Below the pieces are notes generated by a model. That model had not been told where the DNA came from and did no database searches. It saw only the letters and a program-made list of their open reading frames with translations. This document shows positions 28,601 to 40,600 of a stretch of DNA of 64,000 nucleotides, in pieces; the stretch's first letter is position 1; each line of letters starts with the position of its first letter. Both the position numbers and the translations under genes were made by a program. The DNA is from Phoronis australis (lineage: Eukaryota; Animalia; Phoronida), in NCBI GenBank assembly GCA_002633005.1, contig NMRA01000349.1, positions 341,964 to 405,963 of the forward strand, read 5' to 3'.

Positions 28601-31600
28601 TTACTTTATGAACTTTTTAGTGGATGGAATCTTACTAAGTTAAGCTCGTACTCACGATACCAAGAATGTAATAAAGATTTGGCCACGCACAGTGCGGAAA
28701 GCGGCGATACCTAAAGTATCCAACTACTATGGGTTTTATAGGGTATTAGAACTCTCTCAATCATATTACTAGTATTTTTGTAGTTGTTGTTTTTGTTATT
28801 GTTATTACATGTAATATATAATTTATAGTGTACGAGTGAAAAACCGTTCATCTTCAGTCAAGAGCAGTTGTAAGATAATTGTCTGCTTAACCCACTTTCT
28901 TATTTGTTAAATTCTGCTTTGTTTTTAAAGCCAGTATGGGCTTGTCTTCAATCAAAAGAATAACTTTTGATTTGGCATGCCAATGTCATAAAACTAGTCT
29001 GCATTGTTTTTTACTCAGGTTAGAAGTGGTTTCTAGAGGGAGGGATTTTCCCCTCATTGGACAAAATTACCCTATTGTAAAGCACAGGTACCTGTCTCTC
29101 CTAAGGTTATCGATGGCCTTGTCTTTAATTCGACATTTGTTGCAGTAATTTTTAGCTTTTCAAACATTGAAAACAACGTTTTTTCATGAGCTTGTGATTT
29201 TTAAACACATTCTCACTTGAAAAGTTCTAACATGGATTTAATTAGTTGTTTAAAGCATACATTACAATTAGACAAAACATTAATTAGACATAATACCATT
29301 TTCCCATTGTGGCCACTAATTCCGTTAGCAACAAAAATTTCAGGTAATAACTATTGGGGCAGTAAAGTTCTAACTGCAGAATGGCTGAGGCACATTTCTA
29401 ACTTTACCGTTTATTCCCCTTCGTTCTGAGTCATGAGAAACGACTGCACTGACGCGGATTTCTGGGCCATTTTTTCTGTATACATCTGGCTTGCACTATG
29501 CATTCTTTGATCGCGCGAGACATCAAACGTTTTCAACGCACGCAGTGTACGCTCTGCTTCCTTCCTTCCAATACTGGGCTCATAGGAAGCTGTGACTTGT
29601 TAGACGTTATTCATTAGCCCAGTGTCATTAACGCCACTGATAGATCCGTCTCTGTCCAGACGCAGCAGGCCTACTCCGCTTTGATTACTGGTGCGCGTAG
29701 TTGCCATCATCAAAAGTTATTATCTAGTCTAAAAAGTGTAGTTAATTACTCGCGGATTTTCTTGCCTTATTCATGCGGTGTTATTAGAGGCAACTGCGAC
29801 CGGGTGGTGGATTACTAATTGCTGGCTCATCCTTATTTCTATGTCTGATTGGTTTGGCTAATACTTGAATGTATACAGTTCAATCCTGTCATGAACATCT
29901 GAGAGATATGGCGAATAATCACTTCAGTGTTACGTGTACTTCACAATACTGGAAAATGTTGGCTAAATTCATACAGCAACTTATGCCAGACGAACACAGT
30001 AACAATTCTGTCATGAACAGCTGAAGGATAGGTGCTCAGTTTTATCGTTTGGCAGTAAAAATGATAGCGACATACCCAGCAAGTGAAAGTAATCTGTAAC
30101 TGTAGTTGTTATCATGAATTTATAGAAAGGAAGATTACTACGCGAGAACATGCAATTTGCTCCTTGTGTGAAATTTTGCACAGCACAATCCATTGACTCG
30201 TCTTGTCCCATGTGGAATTAGGAGTCTTAACTCGTTATTTTAAGGAAGAAAAACGAAGGGTTTTCGTAGAACCTCCCAAAATATGAACCAGTTTGATTTT
30301 CAAAGATTGTGCTGCCTATTGCTTAGTAAATACGTGATTGTTCGTCAACTGTGAATGGTGAACATACCTTGGACATCTTTTATTAAAGCACGTATTGAGT
30401 AATGTAGGGTAGGGTGTCCCAAAAATGTGCGGAAGATACATGGGAGTACGAATGGTAGAAAATTTCTGCGAACTTATGGTGTTTTTTCAGTTTTCTGGGT
30501 GTGCCAAATTTTTGTTGAAAGGTACAGAAGTTTGCAAAATTGCCCCTGCGGACTACAGTTGCAGAGAAACAGCAAATGGATTCTCCAGACTGTGCTGTGG
30601 ACGACTCTTTTACACCCTTCGCATGCTTCACAGAGTGAGCACGTCTAATTCTTTAAATTTCCATTGAAGAAAACATGGAAATAGTCCTGTGAAATATTCT
30701 CCTTTTGCAACAGATTTGATGAAAAATCCTAGATATCTATGCTGGAGCTGCTTTTGGGTTGAAACTAAAAAAATGCAATTAGAGAAAACTGTGTCATTTT
30801 TTCTAACTTGTATACATTGCAAAACAAACTATGAGCTTCCTAGAATAAGCGAAATGAAATTAATTCCCAATAAAACCATTTTCCGTTACTCCCTAGAATA
30901 GTTTTGTTCTCATTTTAGAACACCCTGTGTATATGTGAGCAGACTACAGAAAATATGAAATTGTAAAGTCAACCTAACATTGGTTGAAAATTGATGAGTT
31001 TACTTGGAATTTAATTAAATCTTGGTCAATGAATTACTTAATGAATGACAATTTGATATATGACTATCCTCGGCTGTTATTCTTACTCTCATACATTATT
31101 AATGTATTTGTTGTAGCCACAATATCAGCCATTGATTGCTTGTCTTGTGTTTAGAAGCAATGACTATTTATTAGTGAAGTTACCTAGTATGAACAAAAGA
31201 TGGCGTTGCTGATGAATGAGAGAAAGCCACTGAAGGCCAGCTACAGAGGATGCTGTGTGTGGCACATAGTTAATGTTCTCTTGAATGCATGGCTTCATTT
31301 GTTTCTGAGGAATTCTGCCTTCACATTGTATTCGTTTAACACAGGCTTAGGAACACCATTCTCCTCTGAAAGTATTGTACGTGTCTGAAAGTCCATGTCC
31401 ATATCTTGGGGATTTTTTGTATACCTTGGAATCCGAGCACTCATCTAGTGCCAGTAGCCCAGAATATTTTCTTGATGGATGACTAGTCCCCCTTAAGTTT
31501 AATGTCTCTGCACAAGTTTTCAAACTCAACACAAGTAATCCAAACTTGTCAAGATGAAATTCAAACTTGTTACTGCAACTTGTCAAAACAGGTTGTCTAC

Positions 31601-34600
31601 ACTGGTGCAGCCAGGTAGCCAGGTGTGCATGGCTGGACATTGAAATAGAGAGCTAGGAATCGGTGTAGGTAAATAACTAAACCTCGCTCTTTCAGTTAAA
31701 TTGAACTCTTGTTACAATGAAATTTATACCATGATGTAGTAGAGCCCGCTATTGGCTGTTTTTCGTCACCCCTCGTATTGAAGTGACACCTGCCTAGAAC
31801 ACTATGGACACTTAAAAGAAAGAAAATTTTCACTTGACAATTTTAGCAGCAGAATAACCACAAATTTTTAGCACTGTCTTATATCTAAGCCAATTTACTC
31901 AAGGGAGAGTCTTTAAAGCATGTAAGTTGATGTCAGATTTTACTCACATTTACCCTGATCGCTTTCCTATTATGGAAACTCTGGTCTCTCAAATCTCCAT
32001 CACGTCTCCTCTGTTACTTTTCTCATTGACTCTTCTCCAGTGACGTCACAGTTATCGCTACTTCTCCGGATTAAACACCAGATGGCGCAGTTGATTTACA
32101 CTCACTTATATCTCTTCTGCAATTTCTCCAATCAAACTGCAATTACAGGGTACCTGTGGCTTGCCGCAGCTTGATCCATCCAATTTGATGGGAGATGCTA
32201 TGGATATTTAAGGTTCTGTAGGACCCTAGAAAAGTTTGGCTATCTTTGGATCATGATATCTCATAAATGGCCAATCGGATTTATATGAAATTTTCAGATA
32301 TTGTACTGTATGTGCTTTAATCCGAAGAACTATCAGAAATTTTTTAAAAGGATTGCTCTTTGGTATGAGGAGCTATCAAAATGATTTTCGTTAAAAAATC
32401 AGAAGTTGCACGAAACAAAAATGAAACTACAATTTAGGAAATTGTAACTGTTAAACAGCGTTTTTTGAAATTGCATTTTGAGCGTTTATATCTAAGAAAA
32501 TTTGGTTACTGATGCCGCAGTTAGGATTTCCCACTGACCAAAACTCCTCAAAACGAGAGAGTTGCTGAATCGGTGGGAAAGCGACATTAGAATTGAATCA
32601 CAGGGTTGGTGAGAATGGATATTGTGTTGTTGACATTGAGGGTGAAGCTTAACTGATGACATTAATTATATTGCTTGTCAGTTGATCTGTAATGCCAGTC
32701 ATTTCAACTGGAGATACGTCAGCGGGGAAATAAAGTACACCAACAACCGATTGACTTCTGGTGTTAACAACGCTAACCACTTACTGATGTTCCATTGATC
32801 TATTCAGTAATGCCCATGTCAGCAGTGCATGATACTCGCTGAACACTTGTCAAGATCTATCTGATGCCAGATTCACCAATGACTAGTGCTTTTAAAATCA
32901 ATTACGCCCTCTGTATTCAATCAATGGAATTGTTCCTGTTGACATCCTGAAATCCTGTTCTGTGTGCTGTTCATGCCCTTGCCTAAATTTCACAGTTGTA
33001 AAAACTGCCAGCACAATACACCGTATGCATTTTGAAGTACTTAGTCGTACAATTTAGACGCCAGTTTTGTGAAGAATTTCTAGAAAGTTCTCCTAATAAC
33101 TGAAATGTAATCTAATTAGACCATATTATGCTGCTATATACAGGGTGTCTCAAAATCTGTCTTCATCCCAAGACTTAGCCTATGCTGGTATATATATATA
33201 TATGCAGGGTGTCCCAAAATTCGTCCTCATCCTAGGACTTCACCTATACTGGTATGTGTACAAGGTGTCCCAAAGTTCCTTGTACACATCAAATGACAGT
33301 AATTCCATTGTTTATTGTCCTAGGAACATGATTACCAGGTTATATTCATAAAGAGGTGATCAAAAAAGTAATTAAGTTTTTCAACCAAAACAACTGATAT
33401 AAACTTAAGAAGAAGATTAATTGCATGTAGCACTTTCTTAACATTTCTGAGTTTCCTGTAGCATTGCGAGATAAATTTTCGTTCTCTAAAACTTAGTCAT
33501 TTGTTTGCCGTTCCCATGCAAAAGGAACACGGGACGTCTCAAGTACCTACTTGCACAGCTAGATGTATCCATACAATAGGCCCTGGCTCACTGTCTGATC
33601 CATGGGAACTGAATTGGAATTCCCAGCATTGTAGTGAAGTGTGGGAATATCTTCAAGGCACCTTGTATATATATATAAGGCTGTCTCCTTACTGTATATA
33701 GATTTTGAGGAATACACCCAAAAATAATCGCACCCACACATCTGACCAGCTTTCTGCATTTTAAAAGCACATGGTTGAATTTGCCGAACTCAAACATTGT
33801 ACGATTGAAATTTTATAAGATACTTTGCCAGATCAGATTATCACAAATTTTTCTCAGATCTACATATGATGGATTATTTTTCACTCTTGTTTTGGAGGGA
33901 CCTCACCTTGTAATTATTCTGCTGTTCTCCATTTTCTAGGAAAGCCATCATTTTCCTGTCCTACTTGTTCAATATGTTTTTCAAAACACAATGACCTGCA
34001 GATGCATCTAACAACTTTTTTATGTTACTTTCAGTGTTATGAGAGTTATTGTAAATAGAGTAGAAATTTAAGTAGTATCTGGAAATTGGCTAACGAATAG
34101 CCAAGTGTCCCATATAAACATAGAATTATCAATTCATCTGAGAAATTAATGGGAATGAATTAGTTCTACTCATTTTGCTGCAATGATTTTTTCATCCACA
34201 ATTCTTTTTTTTGCTAATTCTGTTTTCTTTTCCTCCCTAAGTACTCATCTAATGATCAACTTGTTATATTCAAGCTCTCTTGTGGTTCTCATTTATTGAT
34301 TCATGAAAGGGGGACGCCACATATCATGTTTCTGGTTCAATAAACCACGATTGCCCGACAAACGGTGTCTGCTCTCAATCCGTGGAGGAAACTAGTCCAA
34401 TATTCTTGTACCTTGCCATCAGTTCCTGTCTTTTGCTTTCATTTTCTATTTGATTTTTTATGTATATAGTCTTGAGTTCTCGTCAAACATTGTGGAGTTC
34501 TTTTAAATGGTAAATTAAAATGTATCGTTAGTAATGCACCGGCTTGGTAATAAATTTGGCTTAGACCACATGTCATGGTAAAAGTCTTTAGTATTTGAAA

Positions 34601-37600
34601 GTAATGTGGCAGCCCAGTGGGATTTAATTTTATTTTGTGAAATTTCTTAACAAAAAATAACCTTCAAGATATATTTAGTCTCTTGTTGATATGGTTTCTG
34701 TAGTGTAGCTGTTACCAAGCAACATTCGCTAATATTTTTAGTGTTTGTTGTGATGTAGTAAGCCTTTAGAAAATAGAAAAACGTTAGTTTTAGGAATTAT
34801 TTGATGAATTTTTATCGTAATTTTTCTAAACCAGAGTGGATTCTTTGGATCAAAGGACATTTAAGGCCTTGTGTTGAATTGTAAAATCTGTGTTCTTTTT
34901 TAAGTTTCCTTTAACTTCTGAATTATTGGCAACCCACTGGCTCTAATACGGTACCACTCAACTGTTTGGTATCTGCAGGTGACTGGCATGTCATCTGCAA
35001 CAGGTCACTGCACCACCCACTGTTGCATACCTAGTAATCTTTTTGGGGGGTTTCGTGTTCATTTCCTTAGTTTATGGTATGCTGCAAATGTTTAATTAAA
35101 ACTTTTCCGCTTTCTGTTTTTATCTTAAAAAACACCATTAGTGTGGAGTATAGTTCACGGGTCGTGTCGGCGATACCTCGACTGTGTGACTATGCCAAAG
35201 TATGGAATTCGGTTTATCATGCATTGCAGCATCCCAGAATTTAATTAACCTAACTTCGATGCATTACACTGGGGAATTCAGTGGGTAAACAGACAGAGAT
35301 TATGGGGTCAAGCATTCAAGATATAAAACACTTCCTGAATTAGCACTTGTTCACGAGGAGTGATATACTACTGGCTATTGCCTCTGATGTTCTACTCTAG
35401 TCATTCTAATATATTGTGTGCTGCTGTTAAAAGTGCAGTGGTGTGTCAATGATTCTGTCACCTAGCGGTGCATTGTTGGCTCTGTGTGGAGGTGCGTTAA
35501 TAGCCTGCATCAGGCCACCAGTGCAGTACACAGTCAGATATTGATTGGGCTGGTGCTCGCTGTTTGTTCTAGTCATTTGTATTGATGAGGCATTTGTTAG
35601 TTGCCAGAGAACGACCAGACCTGGTCAGGCTGCTTGGAAATTGGGAAGTAGAGCGCACTGGTGACTGTCATAGAGTATGGTAGACAGGGAGTGAGGGAGA
35701 GTCCTCAGTGGTCTTTGACTGTGGCAGATGTAGATTGTTGACAAGACCTGGTGGTTCACCTCTGGATGCCACTGCCAATGTTAATTTCCCTGGACATCAA
35801 CTGGTTATCACACTATAACTATCTTCCAACAGTTCAACAGCTAGGCCTAATCTTCATCAGCTGCTCACCAGGCGTATGGCATCGAAGTAAAAGGATTCTT
35901 AGGTGTACTTTTTTCTCTGATTACCATGGGAATTGGTTCAGTTTGAGGTCATCAACGAATGTGGGACATTACTGACTGGCTTCATGTTTATCGTCCTCAT
36001 TGACAATTGGCCTTGTACTCGTAACGAAAGTTATTAATAAGAAATTGATCGGAAACCGTCCATTGTATGCGACTGTGCCTATTCGCATGTGACTATGCAA
36101 TAGCCAGCACCTCAAGGTATCTGTGTTGATGTTAGCTGTCTCTTCATTGTGTGATATTATGCAAAAGACATGGTGATTTATGTTGACTTTGTTATTGGCC
36201 AGAAGTGTGTGTAATGACTCGTAAGTTGAAGCAGACGGACTTGGACTCGACACTAGTACCTGATGATCTATCAGAAAACGGTCTCGCTAAGAATCACAGC
36301 CAATGTTTTGGAAGTTTTTTCTAAGGCTGTCGAATTTAGACATGGATTTAAAGAACATGTTTGCCTTCGTTGAAATGTCTCGCAAAAGACTCGATGGCTT
36401 GGATTTGAAAAAGTATTTTCACTCACTTTTGGGATCTAAAAAGGAGGATAAATCCAAGACAAAACCTTGTAAGTAACTATTTTGGTAATTTGTCAGTAAC
36501 TTTACGTGTGTGAACGTCTGCTGTTACTCCGTGTTTTGGAGATCACTGGTAATCGTTAATGGGTTGGGTTTTGCATACAGTATGCATTATGATTTTAAAT
36601 GTTTGTCATTAAGTATCACTTGATTTATTCCAGAGTAGCTCTGAACTGAATGATCGATACTTGTATCGCTCAAAAGTGATTGAAATGGAAGTGAATGCAC
36701 TGCATAGCTTTCATAAATAAATGTTAAAGGGCATTATTATTGCAGTAGTAGTGGTAGTGGAATAAATTTGTTAAATAATTACCGTATATTGGATGGTAAT
36801 AAATACTCAATTTCCAGCATAAAGTTAGTGTAGGACAGAATGCTTGTGTGGGAAAGTGTTTCATTGAATTAGGGAACTGGCTCAGTTATCATCAGGGCCT
36901 AAATTCATAACATAAATTTTCCGACTAATAATTCAAATTTTGTCCACATTTATAATACAGATATACAGCTCGGTAAAAACTGCGCATATCTAACTATGTA
37001 CGTTATGCTATAGTGTCTCTCTTTCAATTTTAACGAACCGCATTTTGAAAGTTCAACAGAAAATAAGGGAACATTTTTGAAAATGAAAAAGTGCATTGTC
37101 AGTTACATTTTTTTGTGTTGATGGTGTGGAAATGGAATTTGTATCACTTGTATTGCATCTGTGATAATTTATCCAAAAAGTACAGGATATCAGGCGGAAA
37201 TAGCAGCAAAAATTGGTTCTCGTCTATACCCCGACTCGTTTTAAGACCTGCACTCAACAACTGAAAAAATGCCCACTGGTATTAATTTCTGCTAAGGCTT
37301 AGCGTGTTTGTTTTTGAAACGCTGCACAAATGCACATTACGAAGGGTAAGCAAGGTTTGAAAGGCCATGACTTGCCAAGCGATAAGTATAAAAATACTCC
37401 ATCATTTTTTCTCATCTTGCACGAATTTTCTTTTTTGAAAAGGCAAGCTAAGCCAACTAAAGAAAACACCGCATCACGGACTCAATATTCAAAAACAAAC
37501 AAGGATCAGACATGATTGTCTTTTTTACCCTGTCGACCATGTGAGCATGAAGTGGCGTATAAGTTTTAAGAACAAGTTTTGTGGCAAATCATCCTTCTCA

Positions 37601-40600
37601 AGTAAGAGTAGTGATATGGTATTGAGGAATAACGCTGTTAGTGTTAGTAGTGATATGGTATTGAGGAATAACGCTGTTAGTGTTAGTAGTGATATGGTAT
37701 TGAGGAATAACGCTGTTAGTGTTAGTAGTGATATGGTATTGAGGAATAACGCTGTTAGTGTTAGTAGTGATATGGTATTGAGGAATAACAGTGTTAGTAG
37801 TGATATGGTATTGAGGAATAACAGTGTTAGTGTTAGTAGTGATATGGTATTGAGGAATAACACCGTTATTGTTAGTAGTGATATGGTATTGAGGAATAAC
37901 ACTGTTAGTGTTAGATACGGTTACGTGAACCTACCACTGCAAGTCTCGCAACTTTGCAGGGTATGTGGTTGTGTGAAGGTCCTACACTCCGCAGAATTTT
38001 TATTTTCTAATTGATAGTACAAATTATCTTTGAAAACAACCGCGCTTGGTTAGCCTTGGTATGTTGAAGTACCATAGTGTTTAGTTTCAATTACCTCAAT
38101 ATCTTAGCATAGTTAGAAGTAAGCAAATACACATTACTTGTAATGATTTCTAATGTGATGTGCTTGCCAACTGTGGAAATCAGTGTGAATCCAAGTGGTA
38201 GTTCTTGACCAGATTTGTTCTTGTGGTGTCTTCTCTGTTCAGCTTAATGCTATGTGTTTGTAACGATCTGTTGTGCACACCTTTGGTTCCTTCTTGGTCC
38301 TTCCGTTTGCTTGCGTGATCTGATCACAGCTGACAAATTCAGTGCAAAGTGCCGCTTGTGTAATCTTTTAAAATCCTTTGTCTTGACTCCTACCTTGTTG
38401 CAGTGGAAATTTTATTGGTATATGTCATGGAATCCGATTATGTAGTCGAATTAGGCTGTATTTAGGCTGTATTTACACTGGAGACAGTTGTCTGGGAGCA
38501 ACTAGGAACAGCTGATTGGGCGCAGATACGAGTGACTTGCATTCCATGTGGTTTGGATGTTCACTATGGTTTATGCAAGCCTGAGCTGACAGTCTTCATA
38601 TAAATGACTCATGCTGATCTAGTTTGTGATCTAATATGTAAATGTGTTTGAAGAGGAGCAAGTTGCGCCTTGGCAACTCACACTATGACAACTGTTCCTC
38701 ATGTAAAAACAGCTTTAGACAGTCGTGTGCGACATTTTTGTAGGAAATCATATATGGCAAATTGGAGTTTATAGACATGAGGCCTAACTGGAGAGTGTAT
38801 TGTACGTTGTAGCACCTGTTATTGATAAGTTGCGTCCTCTGTTGTAGCCCAAGAAGTATTCAACCGGAGAGGCAAACGTAAAATTGTTGGCGTCCATGAG
38901 GGGGATGAGTCTACCTTTGGCCATTTTGTTTGACTCTGTTTCTGCGAAGTTCCTTGATAGATTTTCATGAAATTTGGCAAATAGATTTTATTAAGAAGGC
39001 GACGATGCCATTCCATTCTTTGCCACCCAATGATCAATTTTATTGTTTTCAAGTCTGTTTTTTGGCGTCCACCTCTCTATCTGCCAAACCACGCAAAATG
39101 TCGTTATGAAAATTAAGGGCATTTTATGTTTACCTCTGTATTTTTAAGTTCCTTGTCAGATTTATAGGACTTATGTAGCAAATAGTTTCCTATCTGGGAG
39201 TCCTTGCCTTCTCATTTTCGAAATGTTTAACGTGTTCTGCGCCATCTAGTGGCCATTTTTGTGATACTGGTAAACACCCCTAGAAGTTTACAGTGCAGAT
39301 GTGGATGCATTTTTGGTCTTGTTACAATGAATGAGGTGGTGTGTCTATGGCAGTGACGGTGTCAATCACTTGTTACACTCGCACCAACTCCCCCAGAATC
39401 TAAGACTATGATAAGCATTCAGTAATAATTATTGAATTTCATTTCCAATTGATTTTTTCGGAACAATCCTTAAACCTTCGTCAAATTGCACTCAGTGTGT
39501 CAACATTTTCTAATTAGAAATTGTCAGGAATAAAAGTCTCAAGACTGTTGATTCTATGAAAGCGCGGTAGCTTTTGTTGTAGACTGAAAAGCGTGTCAGA
39601 AAAGGTTGTTGCACTTTGCATTGGTGTTGCACGAAAGACATTCATTTACAAAACAAGAACTCAATTAGTCACATCAATGATGTCTGATTGTAGTTAGGAA
39701 AACATCAAAGAAAAAATGTTAAAAGTATCTAATTAGTGTAACGTTAGCAGGGTATATATGTGAGAGATTTCCAACCTGTCACTGCCAATCAATAAATAAT
39801 TTGCAACCCAGCCTGTTTGTACCAGGGTCAGTAATTGTTGGTCAGCATTGTATGTATTCATGCTGAGTTGTTAAAACAAATTAAGAACAACAGAGTCATT
39901 AGGAGAGTATGCCTGAGTTGACAGATTTGAGACAGGGTGTGTTGCCTAGAGCTAGGGGTAGGCAATTGTCTGGCTGCAGTGAAAAGGGATAAGCACTTGA
40001 GTCTCTGGGGGCGTTATTGGAATGCGATCGGTTGTTAATGGGGGTTTTTAGAGGAAGTTATAAGGTTATTTTTTGTGTTACATGTATGTTATAGACCAAC
40101 AATAGTTAATGAAACATGAATAAAACCTTCTTTAATATAATGTTAGGAATGTGAATTTCATTTTATTTATTTCCGTATTTGTTGATTTACTTATTGGTCA
40201 ACTGCAACTTATGACATTTTAAAACATGTTTATTTCATGTGATTAAGTTTTTCAAAAATTGATGTTCTTACTTGCTTTCTGTTTTTTGCTATCATGTTCT
40301 CATTTGATGAATACAGATTAAAAATTAAACAAAATTATGTTTTGCTGTCATATTTTATCATTGCAGTCGTGACTGGTTAGGGACTTGAGTCAGATTCACA
40401 TAAGCATACATTTAAAACATTTTAGTCTAAACGTTCAACCTAAAATGTTTTAGCTTAAAAATGCATCCGTTAAATACTACAAACTTGATGTCGCTAAATC
40501 GTTTTAGCAGAGTTGACAGCAGCTGCCATAGTCGGAGGAGATGTTATGTAACCACCTGTATTTACATGGTGTGACAACATTTGTCATGTTTATGTGATCT

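Noticed and set aside
37525-38014. Repetitive 125-aa and 157-aa ORFs on opposite strands
   Set aside because: Produced by a stop-free 39-bp minisatellite, with no recognisable domain or splice support.
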